DNA of 64,000 nucleotides from a bacterium (GCA_042566505.1 JBHPKP010000002.1:14848-78847); one strand, 5' to 3'. Shown: positions 18,562 to 28,257, counted from the first letter of the stretch. Numbers and translations: made by a program. The notes: generated by a model not told the origin, from the letters alone.

Positions 18562-20376
18562 TTATTTTTTATTAAAAGATTCTACTATGATATTTTTCTC
18601 AAATTCCTTGCGATCAAGAAATGGCCACATGTCTTCCAATGGCTTTGAAATCATTTTCCCATCCGGGAGACGTTCAGAAGACAGTTTTGGACTAAATTTA
18701 TAGTCCTTTTGCAGCATAACCTCACAAACTATTGCTTGTTTACTGTCAAATATAAAGTTTATATTATTGCAAATCTGATCATTATTTTCAATCATTTTGT
18801 ATTGTAAATCAAAGCTTTTTGCAATTTTTTCAAAGTTTGGAAATCCAACACCTGATTTATCATCACATGCAACAAATCTTTTATCAAAAAAGTTTTCCTG
18901 AGTTTGTCTGATCGAAATATAGCCATTATTATTTAAAATGAATATTTTCATTGGAATTTTATAATAAGCTATAGTTGCAAGCTCCTGCAGATTCATCATA
19001 ATACTTCCGTCACCTGCTATACACACAATGTGTTTTGTTTTGTCAGCAAAATATGCGCCAATTGCACTCGGCAAATCGTATCCCATAGATGCGCACCCGG
19101 AATTCCACCACATTTTCTGATTCTCCTTCACAATACCAGCCTGGAACAAAGCAACACATGCAGTTCCATTTGCTGATGTTACAATAGAATTTTCCGGCAA
19201 AAACTCTGTTAATTGCTGAATAAAATAATACGGCTGTACACCACCTTTTGCATCTTTATATTCAGGTAAAACAACCGGATACTTTTTCCTTCTTTCCAAA
19301 CACCACTCAAGCCAGTTACTAAAACCAGACAACAACACTTGATCAAGCTGCCTCAATAATTCTTCTAAAAATATTTTTACATCAAGATTAACCGAAACAT
19401 CTGGTTTCAATGTAGGTTTTTGCAATTCTTTATCGTCGATATCAACAATAATCTTTTTTGCATTGCGTGCATACATTTGCCAGTTATAACTTATTTGCCG
19501 AATATTGTTTCTCGAACCTACTGATAAGTATACATCTGAATTTTGTACTGCAAAATTGCCAGCACGATCTCCAATAGTTCCAACTCGTCCTATAAACAAC
19601 GGGTGACCTGACGGTATCAAATCCACAGCATTAAATGTAGAAACAACCGGAACCCCTAGCTTTTCTACGACTTTTAGAAATAATTCTTCAGCACCTGCAA
19701 TCCTTATTCCCCTACCAGCAACAAAAACCGGTCTTTCACAGTTTTTCAATGTTTCCAAAACTTCACTAACTTTTGTTTTGATATATTCACTTTCAAACTT
19801 AATTTCATCTTCAGAAGAATCATATTCAACTAAATCATTTTCATCAATCATTGCACCCTGCACATTCAATGGAACATCCAACCACACCGGTCCCGGTCTG
19901 CCATGAGTAGCTATATATATCGCTTTATCAACCTCTTTTTTTACTTCTTTTGGATCTTTTATCATGTTCGCATACTTAGTAACTGGTTTGACCATATCAA
20001 CTATATTTATCTCTTGGTCACCTATTTGACGCAAACCTTCAATATCATAATTTTTTATGCAAGTCTCAAGCTTCACCTGACCTGAAATATATAGAACCGG
20101 CACTGAATCAAGCCATTGACCAATAACACCTGTTAAAGTATTCGTTCCGCCCGGACCAGTAGTCACATTCACAACTCCAAACTTTCCACTTACACGAGCA
20201 TAACCCTCAGCTGCAATTGCACATGCTTGTTCATGATGATTACAAATGTACTCAATATCTTTGTTTTTACCAATTGAATCATTCAGGTGCATAGAACCAC
20301 CACCTGAGACTAAAAAAATGTGTTTTGTGCCATGTTCCACTAACCTTTTTATTATATAATCTGAAACTTTCATCAT
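18562..20376 (-). CDS. Thiamine-diphosphate enzyme, acetolactate-synthase-like (YerE-like candidate)
   Basis: About 604 aa. Contains IFLVSGGGSMHLNDS, TTGPGGTNTLTGV, and a ThDP/Mg motif region IAGDGSIMMNLQELATI...ILNNNGY (GDG-X24-NN). The ATG pair lies at 20376/20373; the track start at 20397 is TTG. Confidence 0.8.
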   Translation of the reverse strand: MMKVSDYIIKRLVEHGTKHIFLVSGGGSMHLNDSIGKNKDIEYICNHHEQACAIAAEGYARVSGKFGVVNVTTGPGGTNTLTGVIGQWLDSVPVLYISGQVKLETCIKNYDIEGLRQIGDQEINIVDMVKPVTKYANMIKDPKEVKKEVDKAIYIATHGRPGPVWLDVPLNVQGAMIDENDLVEYDSSEDEIKFESEYIKTKVSEVLETLKNCERPVFVAGRGIRIAGAEELFLKVVEKLGVPVVSTFNAVDLIPSGHPLFIGRVGTIGDRAGNFAVQNSDVYLSVGSRNNIRQISYNWQMYARNAKKIIVDIDDKELQKPTLKPDVSVNLDVKIFLEELLRQLDQVLLSGFSNWLEWCLERRKKYPVVLPEYKDAKGGVQPYYFIQQLTEFLPENSIVTSANGTACVALFQAGIVKENQKMWWNSGCASMGYDLPSAIGAYFADKTKHIVCIAGDGSIMMNLQELATIAYYKIPMKIFILNNNGYISIRQTQENFFDKRFVACDDKSGVGFPNFEKIAKSFDLQYKMIENNDQICNNINFIFDSKQAIVCEVMLQKDYKFSPKLSSERLPDGKMISKPLEDMWPFLDRKEFEKNIIVESFNKK

Positions 20377-20386
20377 GATTTTTACC

Positions 20387-21268
20387 TTATTTATCAACTA
20401 ATATTTGCTCTTTCTTAATTTTATCTTTAATAGATAAGTAATAATTATATAATTCCTCTATTGCCTCGTCAATATCAGTAAATATGACTTGTGTCATCTC
20501 GGTTTTGAGTAGAGAATTATCACCACTATACTCCGAACCTAAACCATCTTTTTTAATAATTATTGGCAAATCTTTTCCGGAAATCTTTTTTATTTTTTCT
20601 GCCAATTCTAAAAGTTCAATAGAATTATCCGGCGTAACATTATAGGCAGAGTGATTGGCATCATGTTGAATGAAATAATCTAATACAGGCATTAGATCAT
20701 CAATATAGAGATAATCAAATTTTTTATTCTGATTTATTGTAAGCGGCACGTCAAAAATGACTTTACATATCAAATTTGAAATAAATCGTATTGCATAATC
20801 CTCGTACTTTCCAAAAATTCCAAATATTCGAAGATCAATTATATTATCAGTTTTTTCAATATATTTTTCGCAAACATACTTACTAAAACCATGCTCATCA
20901 ATTGGTACATGATCACCAAAATATTCTTCCTTCATCTTTGGTTTATAATGTCTCATATCATAAATCGCACCAGAACCTGTTATAATCATCTTTTTGAATT
21001 TATTTGAATTGCGAGCTAGATTAAAAAACATGCGGGTATTATTAAAAAATATTCCTGATGAATCCTTTGCATTTCTATGACCAGGCTTGCATGCTGAATG
21101 AAGCACAATATCTATTTTGTTCTTATCAAAAAAAGCCTGAACAGCATCCTCATCTGTTAAATCCAAATCTTTATGACTAGGCGCTATGATCTCATATTTT
21201 TTTGAAAGACATGATCCTAAAATATTCTTTCCAATAAAACCGCTGCCGCCTGTAAGTAAGATTTTCAT
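20387..21268 (-). CDS. NAD(P)-dependent sugar epimerase/reductase (extended SDR)
   Basis: Contains MKILLTGGSGFIGKNI and FSKYVCEKY (YxxxK). 293 aa. Confidence 0.75.
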   Translation of the reverse strand: MKILLTGGSGFIGKNILGSCLSKKYEIIAPSHKDLDLTDEDAVQAFFDKNKIDIVLHSACKPGHRNAKDSSGIFFNNTRMFFNLARNSNKFKKMIITGSGAIYDMRHYKPKMKEEYFGDHVPIDEHGFSKYVCEKYIEKTDNIIDLRIFGIFGKYEDYAIRFISNLICKVIFDVPLTINQNKKFDYLYIDDLMPVLDYFIQHDANHSAYNVTPDNSIELLELAEKIKKISGKDLPIIIKKDGLGSEYSGDNSLLKTEMTQVIFTDIDEAIEELYNYYLSIKDKIKKEQILVDK

Positions 21269-21295
21269 GATCTTCTGCCTCTTAGTTTTACTATT

Positions 21296-22330
21296 TTAAA
21301 TTTTACTTTTCCATGTTGTTAAACCATGGTGAGTAAATCTATATCTTCTGAACTCACCGCCAAACTTTTGCAAAGAACTTATGGTTGCATATCTTGTATT
21401 CCCCGGACAATAAAACATCATAAAGCCACCGCCACCTGCACCTGAAATTTTACCGCCAGTTGCGCCCGATTTAATTGCAGTATCATAAATCTGATCAATT
21501 AATTCATTTGTTATCTCATCAGCAGATTTTTTTTTGTGATGCCAGCCAAAATTAAGTATCTCTCCAATTTTATTAAAATGACCTTTTAGTATAGCCTCTT
21601 TCATCATAACAGCCTGTTCCTTTAGTTTGTGCATAGAAAACACAGATTGATGCCCTTTCTCTTTACATTTAACATTTTTTGATTGGGCAATAATAATATC
21701 AGAAGACAATCTACTCGTACCAGTATAATAAAGTAGCATATTGAATTCTAACTCATTTACATATTCTTGTTTTATTCTCAATGGATTGACAATAACTTTA
21801 TCATTTTCAGCAAACTCCATAAAATTAAATCCACCAAATGTACTAGCATATTGATCCTGCTTTCCACCGGCCATATTCAAATCTTTTCTTTCGATATCAA
21901 ATGCCAATTGCGCAATATCATACTCCCCTAACGGAAGTTTAAGCCATTCAGTAAATGCACCAATAACAGCTACTGTCAATGTAGACGATGATCCCAAGCC
22001 CGAACCAGACGGTGCATCAACATACGTCGACAACTCAAAAGCTAATGGTTTTTTTGTAAAATCTTTTACAACTCTATTATATGCAGCCTTTAATAAATCT
22101 AATTTCCCATCTATTTCAAAGCATTCTTGTGCATCAAACTCTAGTCTTTCATTCCTATCAATTGCATTAAGAACTATTTTATTATCATATCTTGGAACAA
22201 TTGTTGCATATGCATACATCGTTATAGTTGCATTAAGTATTGCACCACCGTATTTATCCGAATATGCTGACAAATCAGTTCCACCACCTGCAAGTCCCAA
22301 ACGTAAAGGCGCTCTAGAACGTATAATCAT
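21296..22330 (-). CDS. GHMP-family sugar kinase (HddA / heptose-7-P kinase-like, anomeric sugar kinase)
   Basis: MIIRSRAPLRLGLAGGGTDLSAYSDKYGGAILNATI is the HddA-type N-terminus. Also contains PSGSGLGSSSTLTVAVIGA (GHMP motif II) and KISGAGGGGFMMFY. Confidence 0.8.
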   Translation of the reverse strand: MIIRSRAPLRLGLAGGGTDLSAYSDKYGGAILNATITMYAYATIVPRYDNKIVLNAIDRNERLEFDAQECFEIDGKLDLLKAAYNRVVKDFTKKPLAFELSTYVDAPSGSGLGSSSTLTVAVIGAFTEWLKLPLGEYDIAQLAFDIERKDLNMAGGKQDQYASTFGGFNFMEFAENDKVIVNPLRIKQEYVNELEFNMLLYYTGTSRLSSDIIIAQSKNVKCKEKGHQSVFSMHKLKEQAVMMKEAILKGHFNKIGEILNFGWHHKKKSADEITNELIDQIYDTAIKSGATGGKISGAGGGGFMMFYCPGNTRYATISSLQKFGGEFRRYRFTHHGLTTWKSKI

Positions 22331-22342
22331 ATTTACCCCTAT

Positions 22343-23071
22343 CTAATCTGAATTTAATTCTGCAATTTCATTTTTATCCTCAAAAAGTTCATAAGAACCT
22401 GATTTCTTTAATTGCAAAATTTTATCAGCGTATTTTTTTAAAAATTCTAAATCATGCATTATCATAATTATAGTCTTCTTCTGCTCAATTAAATTATGAA
22501 ATGAGTTAAAACATTTTTTTTGAAAATTACTATCGCCTACAGCTAATATCTCATCAAATATAAAAATATCTCCATTTGCATGCATTGCAATTGAAAATGC
22601 CAACCGCATCTGCATACCAGAAGAGAAATATTTTAATGGAGTATCAATAAAATCCTGAACCTCTGCAAACTCAAATATTTTATTAAAATTTTCTTTTATG
22701 TATTTTAAACTCAAGCCCAACAAAACACCGTTCAAGAAAACATTGTCTTTGGCAGTAAGTTCGCTGCTAAATGCTACACCCAACTCTAAAAATGGAACGA
22801 TCCTTCCTTTTGTGATGATCTCACCAACATCAGGACTTACAGTTCCTGCTATAAGTTTTGCTAACGTAGATTTACCCACACCATTAGGCCCAATAATTCC
22901 TAAAATCTCTCCTTCTGCTATTTCAATACTAAAGTTTTTTATCACATTTAAAACTTTAATTTTATTAGTTTGTTTTTTGTATTCTTTCAAATTTATTAAA
23001 AAACTTTTCAAAGAATTTAATGGGACTGTATAGGTTTTATAAGATTTAGAAATATTGTTAATTTTTATCAT
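22343..23071 (-). CDS. wzt: Polysaccharide/teichoic-acid ABC exporter ATP-binding protein (Wzt/TagH-like, short form)
   Basis: Walker A GIIGPNGVGKST, signature FSSGMQMRLAF and Walker B IFIFDEIL. At 242 aa it has no C-terminal carbohydrate-binding extension. Confidence 0.85.
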   Translation of the reverse strand: MIKINNISKSYKTYTVPLNSLKSFLINLKEYKKQTNKIKVLNVIKNFSIEIAEGEILGIIGPNGVGKSTLAKLIAGTVSPDVGEIITKGRIVPFLELGVAFSSELTAKDNVFLNGVLLGLSLKYIKENFNKIFEFAEVQDFIDTPLKYFSSGMQMRLAFSIAMHANGDIFIFDEILAVGDSNFQKKCFNSFHNLIEQKKTIIMIMHDLEFLKKYADKILQLKKSGSYELFEDKNEIAELNSD

Positions 23072-23898
23072 AAATAATCTACTACTTTCTTATTTAGTTT
23101 TTTGTTTATAAGCAATGAAACAACAAACAAGAGTATAACCAAAGAACTATGTTGAAACATAAGCATTGGATTTTTATACAAATGAACATCATAATTAAAA
23201 AAAACAGTCTTTAAGTTTTCTAGTGGAACAACTAACAAATTGAGAGAATAATAAAGTGATCTGTATTTTTCCGGAACCGGAATATTATAAATTATTGGCG
23301 TTAAAAATACACCATAAGTCAAAATTAATTCCCAAATTTGCTGAATATCTCTAAATAATACATTTAGATTTGAAATAAGAATATTCAATGCAATAATTAA
23401 CATGCTAAGAGTTATAAATGAAAAAGAAAAAATTAATAATTTTGTAATTGTGTAAATTTTACTTGGATTTTCAATTAGCAAATGAAAGATTAAAAAAAAC
23501 ACTAAAAAATTTAGAAAGAAATTTATCAAAGGTGCAACGTAAGCAGAAATAGGAATTAGAATATTATTAACTTTAATCTTAGTTACAATAGATTTTTTAC
23601 CAATAAAAGAAGTTAAGGCAAGGCTGGTTGATTCTGAAAAAAAAACCCATATAATAATACCGAAGAAAAGTCTGAGTGGATATTCCTTTCCAGCACCAAC
23701 CTTTAAAATTAATCCAAAAATGGTAAAATAAACTAAAAATTGCGATAAAGGTTTAATGAAAGACCACAAAAAACCTAATTTACTATTTTGATATTTAAGT
23801 TTTACATCCATCAATCCCAAAATTGAGACTATCTCAATATTATGATTCAATTTCAACCCCTTGCTCATTTTTTTCAAAAATCGATTTATATAATTCAA
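23068..23898 (-). CDS. wzm: ABC-2 type polysaccharide exporter permease (Wzm/TagG-like)
   Basis: Six TM segments. Contains KYQNSKLGFLWSFIKPL, typical of ABC-2 permeases. It overlaps wzt by 4 nt. The true start may be the internal ATG (MSKGLKL...). Confidence 0.8.
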   Translation of the reverse strand: MNYINRFLKKMSKGLKLNHNIEIVSILGLMDVKLKYQNSKLGFLWSFIKPLSQFLVYFTIFGLILKVGAGKEYPLRLFFGIIIWVFFSESTSLALTSFIGKKSIVTKIKVNNILIPISAYVAPLINFFLNFLVFFLIFHLLIENPSKIYTITKLLIFSFSFITLSMLIIALNILISNLNVLFRDIQQIWELILTYGVFLTPIIYNIPVPEKYRSLYYSLNLLVVPLENLKTVFFNYDVHLYKNPMLMFQHSSLVILLFVVSLLINKKLNKKVVDYL

Positions 23899-25066
23899 TA
23901 TTAGTCTCGAGATTGTACTTTTCGTAAAACATCTCTAATTTTCCCGAAAAATCATACTTATAATTTAGAATTTTGTCAGCTAATTCGAGATAATTTCCTA
24001 TGTCAAATGTCTCAAATGCTCCCGGATAATATCTAGCTAATTCCCTAAAAGTATAGTTATTTGAAAACAATACTTTTACCTTTGTCTCTAGTGTTAGTGC
24101 TGCAATCCCAGATGCACTTTGATTTGTTTCAATATATGGCAAAACAGTAAAATCACATGCATATAAAGCTTTTATAAAATCATCGTCTTTTAACGTACCA
24201 GCAAAAACTATTCGATCCTTAAGATTATTATCGCCTATTATTTGTATTATATCATCTATATCTTTACTAATTTCATTGAAAACCTGCACACTGTGAGGAT
24301 GCTGCGAACCAAAAATTATTAACTTATAATTTTTAGGCAAATAGTTTAAAGCATTAATTATAGTATTATAACCTTTGTATGAAGAAATAAATCCAAATAT
24401 ACCAATCAAAAGGTCATTTTTATTGAATCCAAACTTTCCTTCAATATCTTTTCTAGTATTAGCTTGTGAATAAACAGCTCTAATATTTCTATTTAAAAAT
24501 GTAATGGGATGATCGTAAACATTTTGAATGCTATAAACTAAATTCATTAATTCTTTCTCGCGTTTAGTATGAACCATAAAACTTGTTTGACCTTTTCTAT
24601 ACTTTTTACAAAAATTTATTATTTCTTTATATATACGCGCAAAACTATTTTGTTTTATTTGTCTCAAACTTCTTTTAAATCCAAAATTCATAAATATATC
24701 TTTAATAAATTCTTTATCGAATATTGACTTTTTTATATCCAGTCTATGTAATGTAATAATCAGATTGTTTGAAGCATTCATTAAAATCTTCATTCTCTTA
24801 ATAATATCTTTTGGATATACACCAAATAATCCAGCTTCAAACTGAATATTTACATAATCAAATTCTTTCAATCTACTAGAAATATCCATAATATGTTTAT
24901 TTGCAACTCGTTTCATATATCGATTATTATTATTTAGTAATCTGACATTAAGCGGAAGAATAGTTACATCATAATATTTTTCAAATTCTTCAGTTAAAAC
25001 TTTTGAATATGTAGCATTACCACATAATTCATTATAACTACTAATAATTGCTAACTTTTTTTTCAC
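23840..25066 (-). CDS. GT-B fold glycosyltransferase (GT1/GT4 family)
   Basis: 408 aa. The N-terminus is KLAIISSYNELCGNATYSK and the C-terminal half contains PYIETNQSASGIAALTLE, an E-x7-E-like region. Confidence 0.6.
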   Translation of the reverse strand: MKKKLAIISSYNELCGNATYSKVLTEEFEKYYDVTILPLNVRLLNNNNRYMKRVANKHIMDISSRLKEFDYVNIQFEAGLFGVYPKDIIKRMKILMNASNNLIITLHRLDIKKSIFDKEFIKDIFMNFGFKRSLRQIKQNSFARIYKEIINFCKKYRKGQTSFMVHTKREKELMNLVYSIQNVYDHPITFLNRNIRAVYSQANTRKDIEGKFGFNKNDLLIGIFGFISSYKGYNTIINALNYLPKNYKLIIFGSQHPHSVQVFNEISKDIDDIIQIIGDNNLKDRIVFAGTLKDDDFIKALYACDFTVLPYIETNQSASGIAALTLETKVKVLFSNNYTFRELARYYPGAFETFDIGNYLELADKILNYKYDFSGKLEMFYEKYNLETNIELYKSIFEKNEQGVEIES

Positions 25067-25078
25067 TTCTTTCCCTCT

Positions 25079-27487
25079 CTATTTATACTCGAATTTAAAT
25101 GTTTCAAAATTCATATATATGTATTTTGGATTTACAAGTTTTCTAACTTTATCAGAATGTGAATATTGAATGAAGTTTTCGTCTTTTTTATCAGCCATAA
25201 TAGTTGGTTTACCTAAAACCATAGAACTAAGTCTATTGAATATACCCATTTCATTATATACATAATCACATTTTATCAATTCATTATAATTTTTTAATAA
25301 GAATTTATTATAATTATCTCCTAATTCTGTATACATTATACTTTTCAAAATAGGTTCTGTGCTTGAAAGTTCAAATTTATGAACTCCTTGATATATTTCA
25401 CCATTTATTTCTTTGGCATTTTTTAAAAGAGTCGTAAATCTTTCAATGTAATCCAAAAACTCTTCTTCGAGAAACCTATCCTCAACTTTTTCTTTAAGAA
25501 TTTTTTCTTCATATACATCTAATGCCCTATAAACTTCTACTACAAATTTTTGTTTATTTAATTTTTCTATATCACTAAAATTATTTGGAATAACTAGAAC
25601 CTTTATTAAACATCTTGGGTACTTATCAATATTAACAAAGACCTCTTTATCTCCATCATCAACTTTAATAATATCTAAAATACGTCCTTTTTCTCTCTTA
25701 TCTACTTCTAGATTGTCAACTTGAGAATTTCTTTCAATATATATATAAAAGCCTTTATATTCTAGTAATGTCTCAGAAACTTTGACTCCAATATATTTTA
25801 ATTTATCATCTGTTTTATCAATTACTACAGAATAACTGTCTTTTCTATTTAACACATCAATCTTTGCTGATGCATGGAATATAGCTTCTTGAATATTTGG
25901 GAGAAATCCAAGAATAATTATCATAAAAATAAATATTTTTTTTATTAACAGTATAAAATTATTCATACTTATCATACAGTATTTATTAATAGTTTCATTT
26001 AATAAAAATATACCTCTTGCAATTATTATAATCCCAAATATCCAAGCAAGATATATAGTTCTATATAAAGCATACGTAGAATCTAAATCATACCCAGCAT
26101 CAAATCTTAATATATAATATACGCCAAAAGAAAAAAGTATATATAGTAAACTAAAACTTTCAAATGTCTTTAACAGATTCTTTTTTCTTAATATCCAAAT
26201 TGCAAAAAGTAATAAACACAGAAATAACGGCACTTCGTAATTCATATGAATAATAATACTAAAAATAAAATTTATAATATTAAATACAGGTGCAATAAAA
26301 TAATCCTGACTAATACCAAAAAAACTATTTAAAATTCCATAAGCATTAAGAGCATATTTAATTAAAATTTCTGGTTTTTGATTTGTTAGTATATAAAACT
26401 TATAAATTAATGTGACTGGAATTAAAACCATTACAGCATTTACAGTATCTAAAAATGAAAATTTATAAACTGGCTTTATGTTTTTGTCTCTATTAAAAAA
26501 ACATAAATAAACTATGTATGTTGTACAAAATACCAATAAAGATAAAAATACTTGTGAAGAAATAAAATAGACACTAAAAAAATATAGAATTAATCGAGAA
26601 ACTTTAAAATTCTTAGAAAAAACCTCTCCAGCAAAAAGAAATAATATACATACTGCAAAAATATGCTGAGGAACCCAAATTATAGATGTGAAAAATGAAT
26701 TTATTTTAAGTATAACATCCGTTGTATGAGTAAATAAAGTTCCCCAATCAATATGAGCTACAGGAAATCCTAACATTTTTGTAGGAATATTTGATAATGA
26801 CCAGACTTTAAATATTTTAAACGTGAAGGGTATTAAAATTAAATACCAAACAATTCTCATGTCCAGTTTAAAATCAAATTTCCCTTCGAAAACACTGATT
26901 AATAAACTAACTGATATACAAAATAATATAAATACTAAAGTCAGCATGCACAGCATTGCCAAAACAATGCTTTTTGCAATTGAGATGGATAAAACAACTG
27001 AAAATATTTTTGCAAATGATGCTGTTATAAAATAAAAAAACAAATAATAGCAGTAATTGTATTCAGGGAATAAAACATTCGTTAAATGTGTATCTTCTGA
27101 AACAAGAAGAGTCAATGTCCTTAGATAATGATCATAGTAATCACCAATATAATAAAATGTTTTTGTAAAATATGAAATTATCGTATTGTCCGAATCTAAA
27201 ATTGAACTAACACTTACATTAGAAAAAGCAATGAGAAAAAAACTAGATAGAATAATGAATACAATAAATTTATTTTGTAAAATATAATTTAAAATATCTT
27301 CCTTATGTTTAATAAGAAAATAAACTAAATAACATGCTGCAAAAACAATAAACATAAGATTCAATATTAAAACGTACTGATTATGAATAATATTCTCTTT
27401 TCTAGCTAAAAAGAAAAAGTATAAACCATATTCAAAAAGAAAAAATGCTAACAAAAAATTAAATATTTTTTTGATTGATAATATCAT
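25079..27487 (-). CDS. Large polytopic membrane protein (802 aa) with ~270-aa soluble C-terminal domain
   Basis: More than 14 hydrophobic helices, then a charged C-terminal domain (KDSYSVVIDKTDDK...). No diagnostic motif was recognised, so function is inferred from context. Confidence 0.4.
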   Translation of the reverse strand: MILSIKKIFNFLLAFFLFEYGLYFFFLARKENIIHNQYVLILNLMFIVFAACYLVYFLIKHKEDILNYILQNKFIVFIILSSFFLIAFSNVSVSSILDSDNTIISYFTKTFYYIGDYYDHYLRTLTLLVSEDTHLTNVLFPEYNYCYYLFFYFITASFAKIFSVVLSISIAKSIVLAMLCMLTLVFILFCISVSLLISVFEGKFDFKLDMRIVWYLILIPFTFKIFKVWSLSNIPTKMLGFPVAHIDWGTLFTHTTDVILKINSFFTSIIWVPQHIFAVCILFLFAGEVFSKNFKVSRLILYFFSVYFISSQVFLSLLVFCTTYIVYLCFFNRDKNIKPVYKFSFLDTVNAVMVLIPVTLIYKFYILTNQKPEILIKYALNAYGILNSFFGISQDYFIAPVFNIINFIFSIIIHMNYEVPLFLCLLLFAIWILRKKNLLKTFESFSLLYILFSFGVYYILRFDAGYDLDSTYALYRTIYLAWIFGIIIIARGIFLLNETINKYCMISMNNFILLIKKIFIFMIIILGFLPNIQEAIFHASAKIDVLNRKDSYSVVIDKTDDKLKYIGVKVSETLLEYKGFYIYIERNSQVDNLEVDKREKGRILDIIKVDDGDKEVFVNIDKYPRCLIKVLVIPNNFSDIEKLNKQKFVVEVYRALDVYEEKILKEKVEDRFLEEEFLDYIERFTTLLKNAKEINGEIYQGVHKFELSSTEPILKSIMYTELGDNYNKFLLKNYNELIKCDYVYNEMGIFNRLSSMVLGKPTIMADKKDENFIQYSHSDKVRKLVNPKYIYMNFETFKFEYK

Positions 27488-28178
27488 ATTCTCTCCATAC
27501 TAACTTAAATAATTCTGCAATTGTTTGAAATGGGGGAAGTTTACTCTCACCTGATATTCGTTCTTCTTCAATAGTCGGTAGTTCTTTTACCTTGCAGCCA
27601 GCTTTTAACATTTTTATCGTAGATTCTAACTCTATCCCGTGAAAATTTTCTCGTGTTTTTAAATCCATAAATCTTTTTCTATTTATTGCCCTAAAACCAT
27701 TCCAACAATCTGTTATTTTTTCATCAGTTCTGTTGAAAAACATATTTGTTATTAAATTAAACAATTTAAGAATAAATAGTCTTGGAATATACTTAGGATT
27801 ATATCTACTCTTAAAATAATTCCCATTTTTTAATCGTGACATAATTATTAGATCATATTCTTCAGGCAAAGCATTTTTTAATAAACTAAATAATTCAAGC
27901 AAATCCTCAAAAGACTCTTCCCCATCAGAACTAAATAAAATTACATAATCAGCATCCACTTCTCTGCAAGCCAACCTAAAAGCATTTCCTCTGCCTCTTT
28001 TTTCTTGTATCAAAAAATCGAATCCACTATTTCTTATGATTTCTAATGTATCATCTGTTGATTGTCCATCGATAATCAAAACATCATTTTTATCAATTTT
28101 TGAATCATTGAATTTTTTTAAAGTTATCTCTACAGACTCAGCATCATTTCTAGTCAATAAAGCAATTTTTACACTCAT
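27459..28178 (-). CDS. GT2-family glycosyltransferase (small, soluble)
   Basis: Contains IALLTRNDAESVEITL, IIDGQSTDDT and ILFSSDGEE (DxD-like). 239 aa. Confidence 0.6.
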   Translation of the reverse strand: MSVKIALLTRNDAESVEITLKKFNDSKIDKNDVLIIDGQSTDDTLEIIRNSGFDFLIQEKRGRGNAFRLACREVDADYVILFSSDGEESFEDLLELFSLLKNALPEEYDLIIMSRLKNGNYFKSRYNPKYIPRLFILKLFNLITNMFFNRTDEKITDCWNGFRAINRKRFMDLKTRENFHGIELESTIKMLKAGCKVKELPTIEEERISGESKLPPFQTIAELFKLVWREYDIINQKNI

Positions 28179-28200
28179 TTAGTCAAACCTCATCCCCTAA

Positions 28201-28228
28201 CCCCTTCTCCTAAACTCAGCAGAAGGGG
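28201..28228 (-). promoter_or_regulatory. GC-rich 8-bp-stem hairpin in the intercistronic gap
   Basis: ccccttct (28201..28208) pairs with agaagggg (28221..28228) around a 12-nt loop. On the minus strand it is followed by TTAGGGGATGAGG and then the ATG at 28178. It is the only G/C-rich stem I saw in this AT-rich locus. Confidence 0.45.
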
Positions 28229-28257
28229 AATAAATTAAAGATTAATTTTTATTTTAT

